In this document: positions 18,346 to 26,808 of the stretch, piece by piece
Numbering within the stretch: the stretch's first letter is position 1
How the letters are laid out: every line of letters begins with the position of its first letter
DNA from: a virus
Taxonomy: Duplodnaviria; Caudoviricetes
DNA: 38,946 bases
Direction: 5' to 3' (one strand)
IMG/VR virus record: IMGVR_UViG_3300032319_000974
Coordinates: 1-38,946 of that record
The notes under the pieces: model-generated
What the model was told of the DNA's origin: nothing
Databases searched by the model: none
The model's input: only the letters and a program-made list of their open reading frames with translations
Made by a program: the position numbers and the translations under genes

Positions 18346-20895
18346 ATGTTCAGGGAATTTTTAGCACTACCCAAGGATTCGTCAAGTACTACCAATGGCA
18401 TGAAAATTGACCCGCATTTCACAAGGAAGATGGGTGATGTATACGATACCGTAGAGTGGGAAACCATGTCTGTTACCACGGGATCGGGCAAGGTCATCAG
18501 TGATGTGGAATTTCCAGCATTCTGGAGCGAGAATGCCCGCATCCAAGTTTCCGAGAAGTATTTCCGTCGCGCAGATGTGCCGCAATTTCCTGAAGGCATC
18601 CTTGACCGTCATCAGGCCGAGGCTGCGGGAATTGACTGGAAGGCGCTTCCCCTTGGTAGTGAGAAATCCCTGAAGCGTGTCGTCAATCGTCTTGCTGGAG
18701 CGCTGACGTATTGGGGTGTCAAGTACGGATACTTCACCACACAGGAAGATGCAGAAAATTATTATCGTGAAATGGCATACATGATGTTGCATCAGTTTGC
18801 CGCCCTGAATTCGCCACAGTGGTTCAATACGGGCATGCACTGGGCGTATGGGATTTCCTCCGGTCCCAAGGGTCAGTGGTACTACGATTTCGATCAGAAC
18901 AAGGCCGTTCCCTCCACTGATGGCTTTGAGCATCCTCAAGCACATGCGTGTTTCATCCTTGGAGTGAAAGATGATCTCTTCGGCCCAAATGGCATTTTTG
19001 ATACAGCGAAGCGGGAAGCGCAGATTTTCTACTTCGGCAGTGGTGCGGGATCGAATTATTCGAGCCTGCGCGGCAAGGGAGAGCCGGTCAGCGGTGGTGG
19101 CATCAGCAGCGGCATGATGAGTTTCCTCGACGTGTTCGATGTCGGAGGCGGCGTCATCAAGTCGGGCGGCAAGACACGTCGTGCGGCCAAGATGGATATT
19201 TGCAGTGATACGCATCCCGAAGTCCGGGAGTTTGTCCAGTGGAAGATGCGACAGGAAAAGATGGTCCGCATCCTGATTGAGGCTGGCATGTCGGGCGGGT
19301 TCGAGGACGAAGCCTATCGTACCGTCCGTGGAATGAATAGCAACAACACCGTAGCCCTTTCCCATGACTTCTTTGATGCACTTCGTCAGGACGATACATG
19401 GAAACTGCGATGGGTCACTGACCCTAGCCACGTTTCCGCCGAATTTCCCGCAAAGGAACTTTGGAAGGAGATCGTGTATGCCACATGGTTCTCCGCAGAC
19501 CCCGGCATTCATGCCACCGATACGATTAACGAATGGCACACCTGTCCGCAAGACGGACGTATTGTCTCAAGCAATCCGTGTAGTGAATATCTTTTCCTGA
19601 ATGAGACGGCTTGCAATCTTGCCAGTATCAATCTCGTGCGATTCTATGATCTCGAGAAGGAACCCGGTTCCGCATTCAATCGCGCAGGATATCGTCACGC
19701 CATTCGCATGTGGCAGTTGGCGCTCGACATCACCGTCTCAATGGCGCAGTATCCGGCAGAAGATTTTGCAAACAAGAGCATGGAATACAGGACTACAGGA
19801 TTGGGCTTTACCAATCTGGGCGGCCTGTTGATGCTCATGGGGCACGCCTATTCATCAAAGGAGGGCCAGCAGATTGCCGGTGCGTTGAGTGCAATTCTGG
19901 GCGGAGAATCCTATGTGATGTCCGCAATGATTGCAAAGGAACTTGGGGCATACCCTGCATTTGAACGTAACAGGAAGGATCATCTCCGGGTAATTCGCAA
20001 CCATCGTCAGGCGGCTTACGGTCGCATTGACAATCTGAACGGATTGTTCGGTTATGATGGCATCACGAAGACGCCTCGCGAATTAGACCTTCAGGTTTGC
20101 CCAATTACGCATTGGCCGCTTCTTGATGACGCAGAGCAGTGCTGGTCAAACGCACTCACCTTTGGCGAGATGTATGGGTATCGGAATGCGCAGACGACTG
20201 TCCTTGCACCCACCGGCACAATCAGTTTTGCAATGGACGCAGACACCTTCGGAATTGAACCAGACTATGCGCTCATCAAGTACAAGGCGCTGGCTGGCGG
20301 CGGCTACGCCGTCATTGTGAATCGCCTCATCGAGCCTGCGCTTCGCCGCCTTGGGTATAACGATGACGAGATGATCACAGCCATTCTCGATCACGTCAAT
20401 AAGACCGGCATGGTTGAGGATGCTCCTTATCTTCATCGCCGCCACTATTCGGTGTTTGACACAGCGGTGGCTGCACGACCGGGCGGTCGATCCCTTTCGG
20501 CTCGCGCTCATATCGACATGATGGCCGCATGTCAGCCTTTTCTCTCCGGAGCCATTTCCAAGACCGTCAATCTACCGGAAGAAGCAACAGAGCATGATAT
20601 TTCTGATGCCTATTTGTATGGATACGAATCGGGTCTCAAGGCGATTGCGGTGTACCGGGCAAATAGCAAAGCGGCGTCAGTGATGTTTACCTCTGCTGAT
20701 GCGCTCAAGCAGCGTCAGAACATTGATCTTGGAAGCCGAGAGTTTGATATCAATACAATCTTCCGCCGGAGCGTCGCTCCCATGCAGTGGATTGAAGAAG
20801 CATCGGAACAGCCGATGAATGAAACAGAAAACGATCAGGCTGGAGCAATCGACATGCCCACATACGGCTGCAAGGATGGCGTTTGCGCCATCTAG
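18346..20895 (+). CDS. nrdJ: Class II (adenosylcobalamin-dependent) ribonucleotide reductase
   Basis: NSPQWFN, QAHACFI, IKSGGKTRRAAKM, SNPCSEY, TACNLAS, APTGTIS, GAISKTVN, C-terminal CKDGVC; ATG 18346 after GGAGG. Confidence 0.95.
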   Translation: MFREFLALPKDSSSTTNGMKIDPHFTRKMGDVYDTVEWETMSVTTGSGKVISDVEFPAFWSENARIQVSEKYFRRADVPQFPEGILDRHQAEAAGIDWKALPLGSEKSLKRVVNRLAGALTYWGVKYGYFTTQEDAENYYREMAYMMLHQFAALNSPQWFNTGMHWAYGISSGPKGQWYYDFDQNKAVPSTDGFEHPQAHACFILGVKDDLFGPNGIFDTAKREAQIFYFGSGAGSNYSSLRGKGEPVSGGGISSGMMSFLDVFDVGGGVIKSGGKTRRAAKMDICSDTHPEVREFVQWKMRQEKMVRILIEAGMSGGFEDEAYRTVRGMNSNNTVALSHDFFDALRQDDTWKLRWVTDPSHVSAEFPAKELWKEIVYATWFSADPGIHATDTINEWHTCPQDGRIVSSNPCSEYLFLNETACNLASINLVRFYDLEKEPGSAFNRAGYRHAIRMWQLALDITVSMAQYPAEDFANKSMEYRTTGLGFTNLGGLLMLMGHAYSSKEGQQIAGALSAILGGESYVMSAMIAKELGAYPAFERNRKDHLRVIRNHRQAAYGRIDNLNGLFGYDGITKTPRELDLQVCPITHWPLLDDAEQCWSNALTFGEMYGYRNAQTTVLAPTGTISFAMDADTFGIEPDYALIKYKALAGGGYAVIVNRLIEPALRRLGYNDDEMITAILDHVNKTGMVEDAPYLHRRHYSVFDTAVAARPGGRSLSARAHIDMMAACQPFLSGAISKTVNLPEEATEHDISDAYLYGYESGLKAIAVYRANSKAASVMFTSADALKQRQNIDLGSREFDINTIFRRSVAPMQWIEEASEQPMNETENDQAGAIDMPTYGCKDGVCAI

Positions 20896-20905
20896 GAGGA
20901 AAGCA

Positions 20906-21292
20906 ATGCCCGACCTGAACCACATGCTGACACATCCCCAACTTGGCCCTACACTGTCGGCACAATCCTATATTTCTGTTCCGGTAGTTGGGGCAACCCA
21001 TACGTTCTCGATCAGGGTGACCCGCAAGGGAAGCCCTGTTTCAGGAGCAGCCGTAACCATTCGGGTGTATGACAGCAGTGATACGCAAGTGTATCCAACC
21101 AGCGGCGCGTTAACCATTCCGGCTGACCCGGACATTCCGGGTACGTATACGTACACCCCTGTTGGCACTGGAATATTTACTGTAGCATATTCTGTATATA
21201 AGGTAGAATGGATTGTGGTTGCTCCTGCATCAGGATCGCTTCCACAATGTACACTACCATTGACACAGAGAGTCACCGCACAAGAACCATAG
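20906..21292 (+). CDS. Small beta-rich (Ig-like) protein, possibly virion-associated
   Basis: AGGAGG RBS; Thr/Val/Pro-rich strands (GAAVTIRVYDSS..GTYTYT..YKVEW). Confidence 0.65.
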   Translation: MPDLNHMLTHPQLGPTLSAQSYISVPVVGATHTFSIRVTRKGSPVSGAAVTIRVYDSSDTQVYPTSGALTIPADPDIPGTYTYTPVGTGIFTVAYSVYKVEWIVVAPASGSLPQCTLPLTQRVTAQEP

Positions 21293-21302
21293 GAGTTTTG
21301 TC

Positions 21303-21770
21303 ATGCGCTTCTTCCCTTTCACCATATATCCTCATGGAAAAGATGATATTTCAAAAGCGGAAGGGAAGAAGGGCATTCTCTGGCTTGCTCCTGAAACGCA
21401 AGATTCTCCAGTGGACCCTCATCATGAGGTTCCTGCCAAGCATCTTCACGTCACCACTCAGTTCGGCGTTCACGAAAACGACGTGAAGCATCTGATTGGC
21501 AAACCAGTAACCGCAGAGGTTCTGGCTGAATGTCACGACAATCAGTCACATGCGCTGCACGTCAAGTTGCCTGATGATGTCTCATGTCAAAATGAACATC
21601 CGCACATGACGATCAGTACGGCAAGACAGCCGAATGGGAAGCCAGTTCCTCCAGTAGATTCGAACAGGATGCTGGCTGATTCAAGGCACAAGAGAAAGCC
21701 GGTTCTTGACCCAGAGACCGGCGATGCAATGCGTCTTCAGTTGCGCTACGAGTTTTCGCCTTTTCAGTGA
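21303..21770 (+). CDS. 2H phosphoesterase superfamily protein
   Basis: Two HxT motifs (LHVTTQFG, PHMTIST) and PPVDSNRML tail; AGGAG RBS. Confidence 0.8.
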   Translation: MRFFPFTIYPHGKDDISKAEGKKGILWLAPETQDSPVDPHHEVPAKHLHVTTQFGVHENDVKHLIGKPVTAEVLAECHDNQSHALHVKLPDDVSCQNEHPHMTISTARQPNGKPVPPVDSNRMLADSRHKRKPVLDPETGDAMRLQLRYEFSPFQ

Positions 21771-22057
21771 GGCGTGCCAGAAAGACTCCATAACTGAATA
21801 TCTTTCTTCTTGTTCATTGCAATTTCTCTCAGTCCCTCATTTTGGAACATGATCTCGAGATTGTCATGCGTATACGAAAACGCCTCGATAATGCCAATGA
21901 TTGTTTTTGTTACCTCATTAGGGTCCACATGATCTGACCATGTTTCACTGCGCATGGCGATATCCATTGCCATTAATGTCTCGAGCGCATCTTCTATGGC
22001 CTTTGCCTGCACATCGCTGATTGCACCACGGCGCTTCAGAACGTTAATGTCAATCAT
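21764..22057 (-). CDS. Hypothetical protein (97 aa)
   Basis: GAGGAG RBS before ATG 22057; last gene of the minus-strand block. Confidence 0.65.
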   Translation of the reverse strand: MIDINVLKRRGAISDVQAKAIEDALETLMAMDIAMRSETWSDHVDPNEVTKTIIGIIEAFSYTHDNLEIMFQNEGLREIAMNKKKDIQLWSLSGTPH

Positions 22058-22092
22058 TACACATCTCCTCTGATACATCATAGCAACGCAAA

Positions 22093-22167
22093 TGGTGACC
22101 CTCGCGGGATTCGAACCCGCAACCAAGGGATTAAAAGTCCCTTGCGCTACCATTGCGCCAGAGGGTC
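22093..22167 (-). tRNA. tRNA-Lys(UUU)
   Basis: Cloverleaf GACCCTC..AGGGA-CTTTTAA-TCCCT..GGTTCGAATCC..GAGGGTC-A-CCA. Confidence 0.95.
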
Positions 22168-22179
22168 GGGAGAATCGGG

Positions 22180-22746
22180 TTACGGCAGGATACGCGGGAT
22201 TAGGTACTCAATAGCCCACTCTCGCATATCCTCGATGGTCCCACTGTTCTGATACACATGATCCGCAAGAAGGGCTTCAGTGTATTGCTCCGATTCGTGG
22301 GCAGGGAAATTCCCGGTGGTCAGTTGTGCCCATGAACCAAGTACACGGACAGTAGTGAAGCCGTTTTCCCGACCCCACAAACACTCGTTATGAAAACGAC
22401 AATCGGGAATGATGATGGATGCTTCAGTGTCTTCACGGGCAATTTTGAGTACCTGCTGTTCCATTGACGACACCCAGTAATCTTGACCGACGGTATTCCG
22501 CACAAAGTCAGTGCCAAGCCATTGCCACAATGGACGAAGCAAAGGTTTCGCAGAAGGGTCAGATAGAACGGCGTCCACATCGACAGGAAGCAATTCTTCT
22601 TCAACAATAAATTTAATCATTGATTCGGACATTTTCTTCAGTTTATCTGCAAAGTGAAGAATATGTGCGTTGCCATAATGTTCGGCAACGATGTTGGCAA
22701 GCGTGTCCTTTCCTGACCCTGCCGTTCCAATGATCATCAGTCTCAT
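22180..22746 (-). CDS. Deoxynucleoside monophosphate kinase
   Basis: P-loop GTAGSGKDT, FADKLK, RPLWQWLGTD, IIPDCRFHNE, HESE (T4 gp1/T5 dNMP kinase-like). Confidence 0.9.
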   Translation of the reverse strand: MRLMIIGTAGSGKDTLANIVAEHYGNAHILHFADKLKKMSESMIKFIVEEELLPVDVDAVLSDPSAKPLLRPLWQWLGTDFVRNTVGQDYWVSSMEQQVLKIAREDTEASIIIPDCRFHNECLWGRENGFTTVRVLGSWAQLTTGNFPAHESEQYTEALLADHVYQNSGTIEDMREWAIEYLIPRILP

Positions 22747-22958
22747 GCGTTGACATCTTCTACCGGCGGAATGAACGGCAAGGGCATTTCCCCGCTCTCG
22801 TCGCTTTCATCATCGGTTTCGTAAGTGAACGTAATCGAATACTCTATGGGCGCAATAAACCAGTCTACAGATTTTGAGTTAAATATTTTTTCTTTATTGA
22901 TAATAAAATAATCAATAATGTCGCTATGAAGATGATAAAGGGTAACTTTACGCTTCAT
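22743..22958 (-). CDS. Hypothetical protein (71 aa)
   Basis: Overlaps both neighbours in operon fashion; AT-rich. Confidence 0.55.
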   Translation of the reverse strand: MKRKVTLYHLHSDIIDYFIINKEKIFNSKSVDWFIAPIEYSITFTYETDDESDESGEMPLPFIPPVEDVNA

Positions 22959-23466
22959 GAGTGTCTTCCAAAATAGCCATTAATGAATGTTGTCGATTCC
23001 ACCACTCGGGTTGAGTGCGATTTGTCCATTTGGCAATGCCGGATTTCTCCATGATGTAATACGTGCGATATGCCTCTACGGATGATTCTCGTTTGCAGTA
23101 ATCCGGCATGGCTTGCGGGAAAGCCGTCAATGACCCATGCGGAATTTTTTCTGGCAATTCTTTGAGGAGTGAGTACAGTCCAAATGACTTGTGCGTTTTG
23201 CCGTATCGATACGTATACTCATTGCAAAGTGACTCAAACAATGCAACAGCCCAACGATAATTTTCGGATGACGAACGCACCCAAATGGAGCATGGATGAT
23301 TGACATGCGTAGGTTTGTACAGTAATGCTGCATCATTCGCATTGCCAAGCAAATGATGTGCGGTGCTTAACATTTGCGCTTCCTCAAGGATCATCTTCAC
23401 GACATGTTTGTCATTGTGATTTACTGCTGCTTCCTGAGGATCCTCAGCAAGAATAAAACGATTCAC
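22948..23466 (-). CDS. Pyrimidine-dimer DNA glycosylase/endonuclease V-like protein
   Basis: DKHVVKMILEEAQMLSTAH, YKPTHVNHPCSIWVR..NYRW, FPQAMP, AYRTYY; GTG start after GGAGG. Confidence 0.8.
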   Translation of the reverse strand: MNRFILAEDPQEAAVNHNDKHVVKMILEEAQMLSTAHHLLGNANDAALLYKPTHVNHPCSIWVRSSSENYRWAVALFESLCNEYTYRYGKTHKSFGLYSLLKELPEKIPHGSLTAFPQAMPDYCKRESSVEAYRTYYIMEKSGIAKWTNRTQPEWWNRQHSLMAILEDTHEA

Positions 23467-23735
23467 CGGCAATCCTCCCATTGATGACGAGTGCTACTAT
23501 ATTCATCTCTCTGAATGGTGTTGATGAATTCATCAAAACGCTCATCATGGCAAATAACTTCGCAATCATCGGTAATTGAATAATCGATGACCTCTCGCTC
23601 ACAGAACTTGATAAGCAATAAGCGGAAGTCCATTCGATGGCGAAGATGCCGAAGGTCGTCCTCAAGTGACTTTATTCGATACTCGTTCAGAACGTGTCCG
23701 GGACCGACCGCATTGATGGTGTACAAGATCGACAT
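23463..23735 (-). CDS. Hypothetical protein (90 aa)
   Basis: AAAGGA upstream; GTGA overlap with the next gene. Confidence 0.6.
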   Translation of the reverse strand: MSILYTINAVGPGHVLNEYRIKSLEDDLRHLRHRMDFRLLLIKFCEREVIDYSITDDCEVICHDERFDEFINTIQRDEYSSTRHQWEDCR

Positions 23736-23808
23736 CCTGAGTTTTTCCTTTCAGAATGAATGATACCATACATGGGCCACAAGATAGTTACAACGCCGTA
23801 ACGGCAAA

Positions 23809-24375
23809 TTACTCTGAGGAGTCTGGAAACGACTCAAGACGCCGTTCCTCTTTTGACGCTTCCCTGAAGGCGCGATTTGCAATATCTTCCGGACGTTCTG
23901 TGCCCTTGGGCAACAGATGATGAACGTCGCTCCATTTTGTTGGAAGGTAGTCCAGATACAGCGGCCACGAAGGCAGGCCATGCTTGCAGACAGACTCAAG
24001 TTCCGTTATTTCGCATCCATCCATTGCGCGAAGTGCATGCGACTGAAACGGATCATCATGTCGGAGCATGTGCCCAATCTCTTCATTGGTGGGCTTAAAC
24101 GCTTCGGGGGCAATGGTCGCAAACCCGGAATTTCTATGCTTGACCGGACAATCCTTGTGTTCAATGTCGGCAAAAATAAAATGCCATGTGGCTGTCACAC
24201 CGTAAAAGGCTGCTTTCGCAGGAAGAGTGACTACACAGCCGCAATGACGCAAAGTAATTTTGCGATTCCAAAAAGGTCCGACCCGCTCGATCTCAGAAGC
24301 ATGAACATCAAATGTCACATCATGCTCGACATGAGCGGGAATGGGAGAGAAGTTTTCAGGAAAAGCATGAGACAT
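23809..24375 (-). CDS. Hypothetical protein (188 aa)
   Basis: AAAGGA RBS; fits the minus-strand gene array. Confidence 0.65.
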   Translation of the reverse strand: MSHAFPENFSPIPAHVEHDVTFDVHASEIERVGPFWNRKITLRHCGCVVTLPAKAAFYGVTATWHFIFADIEHKDCPVKHRNSGFATIAPEAFKPTNEEIGHMLRHDDPFQSHALRAMDGCEITELESVCKHGLPSWPLYLDYLPTKWSDVHHLLPKGTERPEDIANRAFREASKEERRLESFPDSSE

Positions 24376-24393
24376 AAGTGTAATCCTTTTTAA

Positions 24394-24741
24394 TTAAACT
24401 AAGAATAATTCTTCCGGTGGTGGAGGAAGCAGGTCGTCGCCTTGATCTGTAAGATTGATATCAGGAATCAAATGCCCATAGCCGTCAGCCTTGAGGCCAT
24501 CAATAACCTTGACTGCCTTCCAGTAGGCATCCTCCCTGAGATGATCAAGAACCAATCCGAGATCATGATATCCCTGATTGTGTGCGTTGTCGCGATCACG
24601 ATAATAGCGATTGACTGCATCCAAGGTAACCGGAATCAATCCGCGTGGACCTTTCATGTATGGCCTCTCGAGAATCCATACAACGCCCTCGAACGTGTCT
24701 CGGTATGCAGCCTCTGCATCAAAACGATGATAATTTGCCAT
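24394..24741 (-). CDS. Hypothetical protein
   Basis: GGAAGGA RBS; fits gene array. Confidence 0.65.
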   Translation of the reverse strand: MANYHRFDAEAAYRDTFEGVVWILERPYMKGPRGLIPVTLDAVNRYYRDRDNAHNQGYHDLGLVLDHLREDAYWKAVKVIDGLKADGYGHLIPDINLTDQGDDLLPPPPEELFLV

Positions 24742-24775
24742 CAATCATCCTTCCTATTTCGCGCCGTATGAATGA

Positions 24776-24856
24776 TTACTTCTTGCCCTTTTTGGGCTTT
24801 TTCTCCGGCTTGGGGTAGGGCTTGCCGGGAGTAAGTTGCTTCGGTGGATCAGTCAT
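24776..24856 (-). CDS. 26-aa Lys/Pro-rich microprotein MTDPPKQLTPGKPYPKPEKKPKKGKK
   Basis: Hand-translated; ATGA overlap with DUF1289 stop; GAGGA upstream; fills the gap. Confidence 0.45.
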   Translation of the reverse strand: MTDPPKQLTPGKPYPKPEKKPKKGKK

Positions 24857-25038
24857 GATGATTGTTCCTCTTTTTCTACACGAGCAAGTATAGCGCGTTT
24901 TTCTGCATTTGAATACCCGCGCCAATGCTTGATCTCTTCAACCGTACGCTTGCATCCGACGCAGACACCATCTTTGGCTTTGCACCTGTTAATGCAGGGA
25001 CTTTTCACCACACGACTGACGTTATTACTCACTATCAA
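24853..25038 (-). CDS. DUF1289-family Cys-rich small protein
   Basis: SPCINRC..CVGCKRTVEEIKHW..EKRAILARV; start uncertain. Confidence 0.85.
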   Translation of the reverse strand: MIVSNNVSRVVKSPCINRCKAKDGVCVGCKRTVEEIKHWRGYSNAEKRAILARVEKEEQSS

Positions 25039-25047
25039 GAACCAAAC

Positions 25048-25122
25048 TGGAGCCGCCGATGGGATTCGAACCCATGACCTGATGTTTACAAAACAACTGC
25101 TCTACCTCTGAGCCACAGCGGC
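25048..25122 (-). tRNA. tRNA-Thr(UGU)
   Basis: GCCGCTG..GTTGT-TTTGTAA-ACATC..GGTTCGAATCC..CGGCGGC-T-CCA; one U-U mismatch in the anticodon stem. Confidence 0.93.
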
Positions 25123-25129
25123 GATACAA

Positions 25130-25213
25130 TCAAGCGCGACCGTGTGCTGACTTCCAAAGCCACCACATAAGAATAAAGTACCCGATGTACATCAGGAAAA
25201 GCAGAACAGCCAC
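25130..25213 (-). CDS. 27-aa single-pass membrane microprotein MAVLLFLMYIGYFILMWWLWKSAHGRA
   Basis: Hand-translated; GTG 1 nt after upstream stop with GAGGA RBS; fills the gap before tRNA-Thr. Confidence 0.5.
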   Translation of the reverse strand: MAVLLFLMYIGYFILMWWLWKSAHGRA

Positions 25214-25214
25214 G

Positions 25215-25568
25215 TTACAGTTCCTCGTCGCTCTTGACAAGCCAGAGCGTAGGATCGAACTGTGGTTGAGACCCGTACTGAAAACGGTCGAAACGACTTA
25301 GGAAAATTGGCGTGTACTCTCCTACAAATGATCCCCGGATGTTGTACTCAAACCATTCCCATGCGTCCTCATTGCTCATTCCATCTCTCACGAAATTCGA
25401 GATGATGGTGTTAATATCGTATATTGCAACATGAACGCCATTAAAGGAGTCGGACACTCCGAGAAAGGCTTCTTCCAATCCGTCAGCCAGAAGGATGCTG
25501 TCCTTTTCGTCTGGAAATTGATCCTCAATATACTCAATAATCGCATCTCGCAACGCCTCGTTTTCCAT
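25215..25568 (-). CDS. Conserved phage hypothetical protein
   Basis: LADGLEEAFLG..VAIYD..GMSNEDAWEWFEYNIRGSFVGEYTPIF, a pattern recalled from many uncultured phages. Confidence 0.8.
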   Translation of the reverse strand: MENEALRDAIIEYIEDQFPDEKDSILLADGLEEAFLGVSDSFNGVHVAIYDINTIISNFVRDGMSNEDAWEWFEYNIRGSFVGEYTPIFLSRFDRFQYGSQPQFDPTLWLVKSDEEL

Positions 25569-25575
25569 CAGTGTT

Positions 25576-25815
25576 TCACTCTTCCGGCTCATTGCTATCG
25601 ACGATATCGTATCTATCAATATGATCAGGGTGGACTTCAACTTCATGCGCCGGAACAATCATCTGTCCGTCACCGTTAGGATGCACAAAATCTGTTCTTA
25701 CCCAAGGATTGTATGCATAGATATAGCCGCGATCAAGCCAGCGACCATCGTCATAAAAAGTGCGATCTTGCCGCCATACGTGAGCGGCATATAACTTGAT
25801 CAATCTGTTTTGCAT
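25576..25815 (-). CDS. Hypothetical protein
   Basis: ORF directly downstream of tRNA-Arg; start uncertain. Confidence 0.5.
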   Translation of the reverse strand: MQNRLIKLYAAHVWRQDRTFYDDGRWLDRGYIYAYNPWVRTDFVHPNGDGQMIVPAHEVEVHPDHIDRYDIVDSNEPEE

Positions 25816-25818
25816 CAA

Positions 25819-25895
25819 TGGCGACCCCGGCAGGATTCGAACCTGCGACCACTCGCTTAGAAGGCGAGGACTCTAGTCCACTGAGTTACGGAGCC
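25819..25895 (-). tRNA. tRNA-Arg(UCU)
   Basis: GGCTCCG..CTCGC-CTTCTAA-GCGAG..GGTTCGAATCC..CGGGGTC-G-CCA. Confidence 0.95.
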
Positions 25896-26278
25896 TCGGA
25901 CGACCCGGCATTCCGGGGATTAGCAGAACGATTTGCCTGATACCGAGCAAGTCGCTCTGCCTTTTCCTGTCGCTTCGCTTCCTCTTTTTGCCGAATTCCT
26001 GCGGTGCGAAGTTCACGTTCCGCTGCATTTTTTATGCGATACGTAGAGGCTTGGCCCATGTGCCACAACCGTTTCGCCGCAGGGATGTCTTCCTGCTTCG
26101 CGGCGCTACTATGATACTGCTCTGCACTATAGTTGTCAAATCCAGTTCTGGTGGGTTCCCAATCGGTAGCGCCCCCAGATTCCTTGATCTTCTTGACCTT
26201 CTTCTCCCAATTTGCTTGGTCGAAACCTTTGCGAAGTCTTATCTCAGAAGGATAAGATGCGAAAGGAAATGGCTTCAT
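25886..26278 (-). CDS. Hypothetical basic protein (130 aa) with MKPFPFASYP leader
   Basis: GGAGG RBS before ATG 26278; stop codon lies within the tRNA-Arg 5' end. Confidence 0.7.
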   Translation of the reverse strand: MKPFPFASYPSEIRLRKGFDQANWEKKVKKIKESGGATDWEPTRTGFDNYSAEQYHSSAAKQEDIPAAKRLWHMGQASTYRIKNAAERELRTAGIRQKEEAKRQEKAERLARYQANRSANPRNAGSSEAP

Positions 26279-26329
26279 TGTGTCTGCCTCCATGTAATAG
26301 TGTAGGAAGACACAACGCTTCAGTGCAGT

Positions 26330-26623
26330 CTAAAGATGTGGAGGGAGAGGGGTGGATAACTCAAACTGCGCCAATTTTTTGAGCGTGAGTTCCCATCGTT
26401 TCATTGAATTATCAATGGCCCGCTGAGTTTTGCTCATGATGTCGCTGGAATAAAACGTTCGTCGAATGCTCTTCATCGCACGCTTGCTGGGTCGGCTCCA
26501 CGGAAAATATTTCTTTGGAGGCAGATGCACCATTTGGTTGGCATGTAGTTCACGATCAATCAACACTCGCTGCTGGCGCTGATACCGGGCAATGAACTGC
26601 TGCATGTCCTTGGTGATTCGCAT
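26330..26623 (-). CDS. Hypothetical basic protein
   Basis: AGGA RBS before MRITKDMQQF. Confidence 0.55.
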   Translation of the reverse strand: MRITKDMQQFIARYQRQQRVLIDRELHANQMVHLPPKKYFPWSRPSKRAMKSIRRTFYSSDIMSKTQRAIDNSMKRWELTLKKLAQFELSTPLPPHL

Positions 26624-26633
26624 CAAATGTTTC

Positions 26634-26711
26634 CTAATCTTCAAGTGATCCAGATAACCATACCAGAAAGAGAACAAAGACGGCCATAAGAATTGCGGTA
26701 AAAACAGTCAT
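26634..26711 (-). CDS. 25-aa membrane microprotein MTVFTAILMAVFVLFLVWLSGSLED
   Basis: GAAGGA RBS just downstream of tRNA-Gln; single hydrophobic helix. Confidence 0.5.
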   Translation of the reverse strand: MTVFTAILMAVFVLFLVWLSGSLED

Positions 26712-26728
26712 GAACAATCCTTCCGGTT

Positions 26729-26802
26729 TGGCTGGGGCGCGAGGATTCGAACCTCGGATGCGGGATTCAAAGTCCCGAGCCTTACCGCTTGGCCACACCC
26801 CA
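26729..26802 (-). tRNA. tRNA-Gln(UUG)
   Basis: TGGGGTG..CGGGA-CTTTGAA-TCCCG..GGTTCGAATCC..CGCCCCA-G-CCA; U1-A72 pair typical of tRNA-Gln. Confidence 0.95.
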
Positions 26803-26808
26803 TTGCAA

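Noticed and set aside
4608-19551. Long antisense ORFs (4608..5762, 7158..8051, 18382..19551)
   Set aside because: They lie opposite well-supported genes, lack recognisable motifs, and are expected from codon bias.
22058-22153. ORF-track N-terminal extensions running through tRNA genes (also 28225..28290 and 26712..26882)
   Set aside because: These stretches are tRNA genes or overlap them; better starts with RBS lie downstream.
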